Source: Scyliorhinus canicula (lineage: Eukaryota). From it: a stretch of DNA of 64,000 nucleotides. Each line of letters opens with the position of its first letter. Within the stretch, counting starts at the first letter, position 1. A model generated the notes under the pieces. It ran no database searches, had not been told where the DNA came from, and was given only the letters and a program-made list of their open reading frames with translations. Of this stretch, positions 25,001 to 37,000 are shown piece after piece. A program made the position numbers and the translations under genes. The stretch covers positions 159,318,754 through 159,382,753 of the forward strand of contig NC_052154.1 of assembly GCF_902713615.1 (NCBI RefSeq). The letters run 5' to 3'.

Positions 25001-28000
25001 TGTGGGAGGTGCTGAGGAGATTTAGGTTTGGTGAGGGATTCATTAGGTGGGTGAAGCTGCTGTATAGTGCTCCGGTAGCGAGCGTGGTGACAAACGGGAG
25101 GAGGTCGGAGGATTTTCGGTTGTCCCGGGAGACGAGGCAGGGGTGCCCCTCGTCTCCCCTGCTCTTCGCGTTAGCGATTAAACCCTTGGCCATGGCACTG
25201 AGGGATTTGAAGACCTGGAGGGGGATTGGGAGGGGGGAGCACCGGCTGTCGTTGTACGCGGATGATTTACTATTGTACATTGCGGACCCGGCGGGGGGGG
25301 ATGCCTGAGGTGTTGAGGATACTTGGGGAGTTTGGGGATTTTTCGGGCTATAAGCTCAATGTGGGAAAGAGTGAGCTGTTTGTGCTGCACTTGGGGGACC
25401 AGGAGAGGGAGATAGGGGAGCTCCCGTTGAAGAGGACGGAGAGGAGCCCTTCATTAGGCTAAACTTTGAGGCTGGTGGAACAGATGGAGGAGGAGTTCAG
25501 GAGGTGGGATGCGTTGCCACTCTCCTTGGCGGGCAGGGTCCAGTCGGTTAAGATGACAGTGCTCCCGAGGTTTTTGTTTCTCTTCCAGTGTCTGCCCATC
25601 TTGATCCCAAAGGCTTTTTTTAGGAGGGTGAATAAGAGTATTCTGGGGTTTGTGTGGGCGCAGAAGACCCTGAGAGTGAGGAGGGTATTCTTGGAGCGAG
25701 GCAGGGAGGTAGGTGGTTTGGCGTTGCCCAACCTGTGTGGGTACTACTGGGCTGCAAATGTGGCGATGATCCGTAGGTGGGTGATGGAGAGGGAGGGTAA
25801 CGCATGGAAGAGGATGGAGGTGACGTCCTGTGTGAGGCACTGGTGACGGCCCCTGCTCCCACTCCCCCCCCGGCAAGGTATTCTACGAGCCCAGTAGTGG
25901 TGGCTTCCCTCATAATTTGGGGCCAGTGGAGGCGGCATAGCGGGGAGGTGAAGGCCTCAATCTGGACCCCGATACGGGGCAACCATCGGTTTGCACCAGG
26001 GAGAATAGATGGTGGGTTTTTGAGTTGGTATAGGGCAGCATCATGCGGATGGGGGACCTCTACCTCGACGGGAAGTTTGCGACTTTAGAGGAGTTGGAGG
26101 GGAAGTGGGGTCTTCCCCCACGGGAATACTTTCAGGTATATGCAGGTTAGGGCGTTTGTTAGGCGGCAGGTGGCGGAGTTTCCCGCTACTGCCGCCAAGG
26201 AGGGTGCAGGATAGGGTGCTCTCGGGGACATGGGTCGGTGAGGGTAGGATCTCTGCAATTTATCAGGTGATGCAGGAGGGGGGAGGAGGCCTCGATGGAG
26301 GAGCTGAAAGTGAAGTGGGAGGAGGAGCTGGGGAGGAGATCGACGAGGGGACGTGGGCAGACGCCCTGGGGAGGGTGAATTCGTCCTCTTCTTGCGCTCG
26401 GCTCAGCTTAATTCAGCTGAAGGTGCTGCATAGGGCGTATATGACTGGGACCAAGTTGAGCTGATTCTTTAGGGGTGAGGACAGGTGTGGGAGGTGTAGA
26501 GGCCCATATGTTCTGGGTGTGTCCGGCTTTGGAGGGTTTCTGGAAGGGGGTGGCGGGGATCCTGTTCAGGGTGGTCGGTTCCAGGGTGGAACCGGGCTGG
26601 GGGCTCGCTATTTTTGGGGTGGCATCGGAGCCGGGAGTGCAGGAGGCGAGAGAGGCTGGTATTCTGGCCTTTGCGTCCCTAGTAGCCCGGCGCAGAATCT
26701 TGTTACAGTGGAGGGACGCGAAGCCCCTGAGCCCGGAATCTTGGATCAGCGACATGGCTGGGTTCATTAAACTGGAGGGGGTCAGGTTTGCCCTGAGGGT
26801 GTCGGTGCAAGGGTTCTTTACGCGGTGTCAGCCTTTTCTTGATTTCCCGGTGGAGTGTTAGAGGGTGGTCAATTTCAGCAGCAACCAGGCCCGGGGGGGG
26901 GGGGGCTATCAGTCTGTTAAGGGGGTTTGGTTTGCAACTACATGTTTGTTATTTTATTTTCTTTCTTTTTGTGTTGTTAATTTATTGCTTTGTATGGAGG
27001 GGGAAGGGGCTTTTGTTTCTGTTTTTTCTACGCCTTGTTTATTTTATTGTTGGGAGAAAATTTGTTGTCGAAAAATTTGAATAAAAATCATTTTTTTTTA
27101 AAAAAGACTTACAACATCAGGTTAAAGTCCAACAGGTTTGTTTCAAACACTAGCTTTCGGAACACTTGTCCTTCCTCAGGTGAATGGTGATTCACCTGAG
27201 GAAGGAGCAGTGCTCCGAAAGCTAGTGTTTGAAACAAGCCAAATCAAAAAACAAGCTTTATTCTAAGAACTTAGTTAACATTTGTATAAACACACACAGC
27301 CAGAGGTTTTATAAATTACAAACATAAATACCCCACACAGCTACAGTAAATCTATGTATAATCCTTAATGAATTCCCCCTTAACTGTTCCAATTCAATAA
27401 CAAAATCCAAGTAAAACCAGAAACCCCTTTTCAAAGGCGTGGCCAGCACATTGCATTCTCATTGGTATAAGACTGTTGTTATTGATACTCTATTCCCCTT
27501 TTCAAACAGCAGATTTGAATTCCTTCCAGAAAGCAATTATCTCTTTAAGATACCAAGCAGTCTGGGACAGCTTTTAAAATGAAGACAGAGAAAGATACTT
27601 TCAACCTGTGCAGTTCAAACCAGTCAAAAACTCAAAGCAAAAGTAAAAACTCAGAGCCACAGCCCAGCTCCACCCACACAAATGACATCACTGAAGCCAT
27701 GTGATTAGACAAAAACTTTCTTAAAGGGACGCTCCCATGTCAATGGACACAGAGAAAGCGTTCGACTGGGTGGAGTGGGGGTAAACTTTTGAAGTACTGG
27801 AGCATTTTGGCTTTGGGTCTTGGCAATTGAGCCATTGGCTATCGCACGTTGACCAGGTGCAAGTGTATAGAGAGAGTAGGTCGGGAGCATCTGGTGCCCC
27901 TTTACCCAGACAATCACGGACCCTCTCTCTATTGTGGGAAAGATAATGGAAGCGCTAAGAAAGTTTAGTTCTTTTTCAGGATATAGATTAAACGCTGGCA

Positions 28001-31000
28001 AGAGTGAGGTATTTGCAGTGAACCCTCTGGGCAAGGGAGTTGGTCTGAAGAGTTTCAACTGACCAGGAATGTAAATTGTGAGGAGCTCACAAAAGAGGCT
28101 GCAATGAGTTATGGGCAGGTTAAGTGAGTGGGCAACAAAGTGGCAGATGGTGTAATGTGAATGAGTGTTTAGTTATTCAGTTTGGCTGTAAGAATAGAAA
28201 AACAGGATTTTCTTTTGATTTTTTTTTTAAAGGTGTGAAACTTGCAAATGTTGATGTTCAGAAGGACTTGGGTTTCCTCGTATATGGTTAAATGTGCAGG
28301 TTCAGCAAGCAATTGGAAAGGCAAATAGCATGTTGGCCTTTACTGCAGGGGGATTGGAGTACATGAATAAATAAATCTTGCCACAATTGTAGAGTGTTTT
28401 GGTGAGAACCCTCCTGGAATATTGTGTGCAGTTTTGGTCTCCATATTTATGAAAGATATAATTATATTGGGGGGCAATACAGCAAATCTTCACTTGTCTG
28501 GAATGCTGGGTTGAGAGGATTGTCCTATGATGAGAGGCTAAGTAAATTGGGCCTATATTCTTTGGAGTTCAGAAGAATGGAAGTTGATCTTATTAAAACA
28601 TACAAGATTCTGAAAGGACTTAACAGGGTAGGCCTAGAGGTTGTTTGCCCTGGCTAGGAAACCAGAAATACAGTCACAGGATACCGCAGCTCAAGATAAA
28701 CACCAAAGTTAAATCCAAGAATTAAATCCAGGTTAGATCAAGTACGGTTAGATGAGGATGGCCAGTCACTTAAGTATGTTTGAAAGTAACAGGAGAAGTT
28801 AGTCTGATGAGAATTACCTTGAAAAAAATCTGCCCGAGTACACCATCTTAAGATGACTGTGATGGGGAAAGAGACAGTCTACTTCCTTGTGGAATGTGCC
28901 TTTGTAAACAAGGTCCAGAGAAAGATGCAGAGATTTATGTTGAGGCTTTTCCTGAGCAGATCTATGACACAGGACCCAGTGCTCTATGGGCTGTTCCCAG
29001 GAACGCACACCAAGGTAAACATCAGCTGCATCAGTAAAATCATCAACTTGGCGAAAGACACTCATTGACCGGCCCGGAATTTGCTGTCTTAAAGTGCAAG
29101 AGTTGTCCTCAACCATGTATTGCAGACTGCACAATCTAAGGGCCAGGACTACGAGCTTGGGGCAGCCACTGCAGAGGCACAGTGGGGAAAGGATGTTATC
29201 CAAGGCCTTTCAGCCATAGTACACTGAGGGACTGGAAACTTTATTAAACATCTTTGGCTATACGCCTGACAAATAACGTACATTATGAGCACAGGTGTAT
29301 TGACATTGTATTGAAGGACCTCAGAGTTGAGCATGCTGCATAGAAAAAAGTCGAATTCTATGTCACTTACTTTAATGTTCAATTTGTGATGTTTTGCCTA
29401 AAGATTGAATTCTTGGCGTATAATGTATGGAGGACAAATTAATTTTATTACACTTTCTGTAACTTAAAGTCAAAATGTTTTGCAATATACTTCTATAAAT
29501 TTTATGAATAAAGTATATTCCTGGGGGGAAAAAAATCTGAAAATCTAAAAAAGCTAAAGCGGGGGAAGAATCTTCCTCCCAACCTGTTCAAACTTCAAAT
29601 TCACCAGAGAACTGACCTCCTGGCAATTCAACTGTAAGAACCTCACAGATCATTGAGAATACTCCGCTTTACCTAAACTCAACTTTAGCTACAGATCAAT
29701 TCAGCCAAGAAACTACAGGCCTGCTACAAAGGGACTAATATCATTACAACTTGTAATTGTATTGCGTTTCTCCTCAGCTCATCTATGCTGTGTTTGATAA
29801 CTTGTGAGAGTGTTAAAACCTCAGGGTAAGAGTGTGATAATAAATAATATTTATCTTTAAATTTACAAACGCGTGATACTGGAAATTATTTAAATCAAGA
29901 CAATTCACTGAGTTTAATACAATACACATACCTCATAAATAAAAGATACTATGATCAAGGACAACAATAAAACACAAATTCTGTCCATGACTTTATATAA
30001 TCAGAACTATTGAAATGCTCTACACACTTGTATTTTTTTCCCTCATCATATTTGTTCCAGAAAGTTTCATGAGCGATAGTTAATCAGACATCAGTCAAGC
30101 AGCCACTGCTGATATGACAAATTTGACATCCAGTCTGGGCAGGCTGTTTAATTGAGGAGATTTTTAGTCAAATTCCAGAAGCACAAACCTTCAACCGGGG
30201 TCATTTAGTTCAGATCGGTAATTGTGGTAGGAGCTGAAAAGAATCGGAGCACTGAATTTTCAGTTTTAAATATGTGACTGAAAGAAACTTTTCCCATTTT
30301 GGTGATATCAGAGCAAAATTTTAGCATTCATTTTGTATCTGAATTTTCTAACACAAAGCACGCCTCGTGTGCAAGTACATCAAAATGTTAAACTTACCTT
30401 TTACAGTCAGTTGTGTCATCAATTGTAAAGCTCCACTAAGTGATCGGTGGTTTACATAGCATATATAAGTATTGCCATTGTCTTGGAGAGTTGGGCGCAA
30501 TCTCAAACGGCTAGAAACACTGTAGGTTCCATCATCATTTTTAACTGGGGATTCTGTGCAGATGTGTTTTGAAATGATCTTTTCCCCATCTTTTGTTTTC
30601 TGTCTCCAATTCATCTCAATTGAGACAGGGTAAAAGCCAGAACTGACACACTTCACTGACTTCTCTGTACCGTTCTCAATTGTGATTGCAGGTGAGGATA
30701 ATTTCACCATTGGTTGGGCTGTGAAGATCAATACAACAGATGTTTAATGCTTAATACGAGCATATTTTTTTCATTATTTCACATTGCATGGTCATGTAAT
30801 GACTGTACACATTGAAATCAATAAAGCTGAACATATCCTTTCCTCACAACTCGAGAGAAAGGGTTACAATGTGTAGGGGAAAGCAATACATCAGCAAAGC
30901 GTATGGTATTCTACCCTAAGAAAACAAGACACTTGAGGATGTTTAATTCAAAGAAAATTCATACAAACAAAAAGGTGCACTCGAAGCTGCGGGATTTTAG

Positions 31001-34000
31001 ATATCAGACCGGTGTGTGGTATATTGTTGAATACCTTTGCATGACCTGTTCGAACTGACCTGTTTTAAATTTAATGCAGTAACAATTAAACAGATTGCAT
31101 GAGCAAAGAAAGAAATAATTGTTAGTGACTCTTACCCGAAACAGTCATTGATGATTTCCCAATTCCATTATCTGGGGTTATAAAAACAACACAAGTGTAA
31201 TCTCCTTCCTCATTAAATTGCACACGTGGAAGAAAGAGAGAAGGAATTCCCTTCTTCAACTCATCATCAAAAATTGTTGCTCCTTGTCTATACGGCGTAT
31301 GTTTTCCACTAGTGAATTGATACACCTCTCGTTTTTGTGAATCGGGTGTGCCTAATGCTTGGAAGAGCCACTGGACTCCCACATCTTTAAGGTCAATTTC
31401 TTTTGTATAACCAGATACACGGCATTCGAGGAGAACATCTTCATTTACGATGGCTTTCACAGTTCTTGAATTCATTGTCACAATTAGGTTACCTTGCTCT
31501 GCAATAATTGAAACCAAAGTTATCAGCACGTAAAATTTATCCAACAGTAGGGAAATCAAAATTAAAATGATCACTTTTTTTAATAATCTTTATTGTCACA
31601 AGTAGGATTACATTAACACTGCAATGAAGTTATCGTGAAAAGCCCCTAGTCGCCAATCCGGCACCTGTTCGGGTACACAGAGGGAGAATTTAGAATGCCC
31701 AAATTACCTGTCAGCGCGTCTTTCAGGACTTGTGGGAGAAAACCGCAGGAAACACACGCAGACATGGGGAGAACGTGCAGACTCCGCACAATGATGTAAG
31801 CCGGGAATCGAACCTTGGACCCTGAAGCTGTGAAACACCAGTGCTAACCACTGTGCTAGTGTGCTATAGTTTTTCAATTGTTGTAAATTAATGACCCTAA
31901 AGTTATTCCTTTCATAGCATGAATGTGCATCTCACAAAACAACTCCATTGTGAGATTTCCTAATATTTCTTCATAAAGATGCTATGGATTTTTTATATTT
32001 AGTCTTGCACAGCACACCCACGAGCAAAATACTTCCCGTCATCTTAACAACAGCTTGCATTTATACAACACCTTCAAAACAACACCTTCAAAATAGGATA
32101 ACATCCCAAGCGCTTCACAAAAGCACAGTCAAACTTTAGCAGAGAAGAGGAGGGCGCTTTTTTGGCCTGCCCACCAGGGGACGCATACACAGTTATGGCT
32201 GCTAAATCTCGCCATAACGGGATTTGCACCGGGAGATCTCACTTTGAGATCTGCTCCGCAGCCCCCAGCAACGTAATCAGGTTTACGCCTAGTGAAGGCA
32301 TCACCCTGATTATCATGCATTTGCTTGGATTTTAATATTCAAAAAACAGCTTTTATGCCATTGCTTCTGGATTAACTAAAGTTCCAGCATGCCAGCAGGA
32401 ATCACTACTGGTTTCCAAAAACTCACCATGCCGGCGACACAGAGGTGAGGTCCTCCAGGTGGTGAGAGACATTGGCATTTCCAGGAATGGTGCCTCCAGG
32501 GAACCCTATTGGGGACTGACCACTTTTGGGGGGGGGGGGAATGCCAGCGTTGTTGTGAACTGATGTTTATAGATGGTGCAGAGTGCCTTTGCCTCCCTGA
32601 TCGCCCACCGTAGAATCCTGTTCGGCTGGCGGTCAGCAGCACCACCCAAAGCTGCAGACTGGCTGTCCGACCGATCAGAATCTCTCCAAATGGAGAAAAT
32701 CAAATTCTCCATCCAAGGATCAGACGACGGCTTCCACAGAACATGGGAGCCATTCACCCAACTGCTCCGGGACCTGTTTGTGGCCAACGAGCAAGCAGAA
32801 GAACAGCCAGGGAGCCAAGAATCTGGGGAAGTAGCCAAGGCGTGAGAGAGAGGGATAGACCGGGGGGACCAGCTAAACCTAGGAGAAAAGAAAGACGAAC
32901 AACAGGAAAACAGGGGGGGGGGGGGGGGGAAGGAGGAGGAGACAGGGAACAATAGAGGGGAACCAGGGGAGGGGGGGGGGGGGGGGGGAGGCATGGAAAT
33001 GATAGCCGGAAGGACTATAACAAACTTGGCAAATACAGGAACAGAGAGCAAGGAAAACATGGGACGAATGGCCGAAGCGGAGGTGAGCGCAACGACAAGC
33101 AGCAAAAACCGGGAGAAGCAAGTAACAACACCAACACCAGATCCATTCTCATATTGCCCTCTCTGCATTGGACATAACCAATGTAATTGTTTCTCTGGCA
33201 CCCAAATGTATATGTACCTCCCCAGTCCCCCCACCGCCCCAAACAGCTGCCTACTTATGTGTTTAAAATATTGCTAACTGTACAGAGTTGCTGTTGTTGA
33301 GCTAGTGCGCAATATCGTCCCAGTTTTTAAAAAAAAAACTTTTCTTCTCTTCTATGTAGATAAATTAGGGGCCTTTCACAGTAACTTCATTTGAAGCCTA
33401 CTTGTGACAATAAGCGATTTTCATTTCATTTCAAATTTTATTCTGTGTGCATAATATACTTTGTACAAAAAAATTTATTAATAAAAAGATGGTGTAGAGC
33501 AGGCAATGAGTGTTTTTACAATAGTAGAGCCTGGGAGTTGACAAAAGCATCATTGAGGCTTCGATAACAAATTAAATCCAAGCCGAAATAGGGAATATTA
33601 TAGATGTGGAAGTAGGCAGCCTTTGGAATGGACAGAAATGGGGTCAGAAATTCAGCTCAGAACTAAATAGGACACTGCAGTTGTGAACGGTCTGATTCAA
33701 CCCAAAACAGGAGTTGAAAATAAGATCCAATTGAGATAAATGTACCTCTACATGAATCTGTGGTAGGGGCATTGTCTTTATTGATGTCCAATTTGAATAA
33801 TCTGCAGCCCACCCATGACTAAGTGCAAGACAAGCATGCTGAGAGAAGCAGGGGAGATCAGAGATGGTGGTGATGTAAAATTGATTGTCACTGGTATACA
33901 GGTAGCCAAAGACAGTTGGCTGGATCCCAGCTGTCGGGATTTTCCACTGTGCCTGCAGCCCAGGGATTTCCCTCAATGGGAAACCCCATTGGCCAGCTGG

Positions 34001-37000
34001 CGAGACGGAGCATCCCGCCATGTCTTCAGATGACATAGCCGAGGCAACATGAGGAAAACGTTGTGTCCAGGATGGAGCAACTCCAGAGAAAGTGTTGTAC
34101 ACATGTCATAAATAATAATAGTAACTTATTGTCACAAGTAGGCTTCAATGAAGTTACCGTGAAAAGCCCCTAGTCGCCACATTCCGGCGCCCGTTCGGAG
34201 AGGCCGGTATGAGAGTTGAACTCGTGCTGCTGCCTTGTTCTGCATTACAATCCAGCTGTTTAGCCCACTGTGCTAAACCAGCCCCAGTATTTGTGGCACA
34301 TTTTAAGCAATAATTTGTGGTGACATATATTTCCTGAAATAAATAAATAAAGATGACAGGTGCTGAAATGCAAAAGGTACTGAAATGCAAACGGTCATTG
34401 CGTTCAAAGACTGCAGACAAGAGCAACACTTCATTACTTTATACTCTATACCTTTAGCTATGAACGGTCAAAATTTAATTTGTCTTCCTTATTAGCATGC
34501 AGGTGCAACAGGTAGTTTTCTGCAATTCATTCACGAGGACACCCAGATCCCTCTGTGGCGAAGCACTCTGAAATTTCTCTCCATTTAGATAATAAATATA
34601 AATTTCTCTCCATTTAGATAATAAATAAGCTTTCCATTTTTCCAACAAAAATGGATAATCTCACACTCACAAACTCTATCTGCCAAATTTTGGCCCACTA
34701 ATCTAATCTATAATTTTTTTAATAGTTCATGGAACGTGGGCATTGCATGCTGGGCCAGCATTTATTGCCCATCCCCAATTGCTCCTTCGGGGGGGGGGGG
34801 GGGGGAAAGAGTCAATCACGTTGCTGTGGGTCTGGAGTCACGTGTAGGCCAAACCAGATAAGGACAGCAAATTTATTTCCTTGAAGAACCTTAGTTAACC
34901 AGATGGGTTTCACGACATTCAACAGTGGTTTGTGGTCATCATTAGACTTTTAATTCCAGAATTATATCGAATTTGAATTTTCACCATCTGAAATGGAGAG
35001 ATTTGATCCTGGATCCCCAGAGCATTTACCCTGGTTTCCGGTTTTACTAGTCCAGTGACAATACCATTATGCCACCCTTCCCATATATCCATTTGTAAAT
35101 TTTGTATTTCCTCATTGCAACTTACTATCCTGTATTTTAGCATCATCTGCAAACTTGCCCATAGGACCTACTATCCCTACATCTAAGTCATGAATATATT
35201 ACATAGACATAGAAAAGAGGAGTGGCCATTCGTCCCTTCCATAAAACCTTGAGACATAGGAGCAGAATTAGTCTATACAGCCCAGAGTCTGCTATGGCTG
35301 CTAAATCTCACAAGAAAGCCATAACAAGGGCAGCATGGTGGCGCAGTGGGTTAGCCCTGCTGCCTCACGGAACCGAGGTCCCAGGTTCGATCCCGGCTCT
35401 GGGTCACTGTCCGTGTGGTGTTTGCACATTCGCCCCGTGTTTGCGTGGGTCTAGCCCCCACAACCCAAAAATGTGCAGGCTAGGTGGATTGGCCTTGCTA
35501 AATTGCCCTTAATTGGAAAAAAATGAATTGGGTACTCAAATTTAAAAAAAAAAAAGAAAGCCATAACAGGATATATCTAATTGCTTCTTGAAAACATGCA
35601 ATGTTTTCACCTCAACTACTTCCTGTTGTAACAAACTCCACAGGCCGACCACTTTCGCCTCATCTCTGACCTAAATAGTCTAACACGTTTCCTCAGACTT
35701 TGACCCCTGGTTCTGGACACGCCCACCATCAGAGCAACCTTCCTCCATCTATCCTGTTTGTCCTTTAGAATTTTATAGGTTTCTATGGAGATTCCGCCCT
35801 CATTCTTCTGAACTCCAGAAAATACAATCCTAACTGATTCAATCTCTCCTCATACGTCAGTCCCGCCTTCCCAGGAATCAGTCTGGTAACCTTTGCTGCA
35901 TTCCCTCTCACGCAAGAACATCCCTCTTGAAATGAAATAAAACTCGCTTATTGTTGTCACAAGTAGGCTTCAAATGAAGTTACTGTGGAAAGCCCTGAGT
36001 CGCCACATTCCGGCGTTTGTTCGGGGAGGCTGGTACGGGAATTGAACCCGCGCTGCTGGCCTGCCTTGGTCTGCTTTAAAAGTCAGCTATTTAGCCCTGT
36101 GCTAAACCAGCCCCTGCTGATAAGGAGGAGACTTATCTTCAGAAATGGAGACCAAAACTGCACACAATATATCGGGCCCCACTAAGGTCCTGGATAATTG
36201 CAGCAAGACATCCCTGTTCCTGGATTCTAATCCACTTGCTATGAAGGTCAACATACCATTTGCCTTCTTTACCACCTGCTGTACCCACATGCTTACCTTC
36301 AGTGACTGGTGTATGAGGAAGCCCAGGTCTCGTTGCACATTCCCCCTCCTAATTTACAACCATTCTCGTTTTTTGCTGCCAAAATGATAACCTCACATTT
36401 CTCCAAATGATACTGCATCTGCCATTCATTTTCCCACTCACTCAACTTGTCAAAATTACACTGAAGGATCTCTGCATCCTCCTCACAGCTCACCCTCCCA
36501 CCCAACTTGGTGCCATCTGCAAATTTAGAGCCATTTCATTTGTTCCCTCATCTAAATCATTTATGTTGTGAATAGCTGACGCCCTAGCACCGATCCCTGC
36601 AGTAACCCACTAGTAACTGCCTACCATTTGGAAAAGACCGGCTAATTCTGACTCTTTGTTTCCTGTCTGCCAACCAGTTTTCTATCAATCTCAATACATT
36701 ACCCCAATTCCATGTGCTTTAATCTTACACACTGATCTCTTATGTGGGATTTGTCAAAAACAATTGTAAATAGTCAGGGGCCCCAAGGAACAAACCCTTT
36801 GGCATCCCACTAGTTACATCTTGCCAACCAGAAAAATACCCATCTGCCTACTGTTAGATCAACAGTCCTCTATCCAAGCTAATAAAATGTTCCTAATCCC
36901 ATATGATCTTACCTTGTATATTAACCTTTTGTGTGGCACCTTATCAAATACCTTCTGGAAGTCTAGATATACTACATCTACCCCATTATCCACTTTGCTT

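Larger units (their letters stand above)
22424..27240. mobile_element. Penelope-like element fragment (sequence at 22424-22476 and 27104-27240) with an inverted terminal arrangement
   Basis: Flanked by AATCAAAAAA(A)C duplicates at 22412-22423 and about 27242-27252. Contains a 48-bp-arm inverted repeat with hammerhead cores. The family assignment is inference. Confidence 0.7.
22276..27742. mobile_element. Solo LTR (TG...CA) split by nested insertions (LTR sequence at 22276-22423 and 27241-27742)
   Basis: Begins TGTTATGGG and ends CATGTCA. 4-bp TSD ATGG at 22272-22275 and 27743-27746. Confidence 0.85.
18714..28060 (+). mobile_element. Old degenerate L1-clade LINE, split by nested insertions (L1 sequence at 18714-22275 and 27747-28060)
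   Basis: 5' end GACTTCCAGTGGCGGCC, ORF1 remnants at 19200-19990 and EN/RT remnants. The RT motif SM|[11 protein letters not shown] is split exactly at the LTR insertion. Confidence 0.85.

Noticed and set aside
24109-25308. 399-aa RT ORF as an active L1
   Set aside because: ORF1 is internally deleted and ORF2 is broken into many frames, so the copy is non-autonomous. Some breaks at G homopolymers could be sequencing errors.
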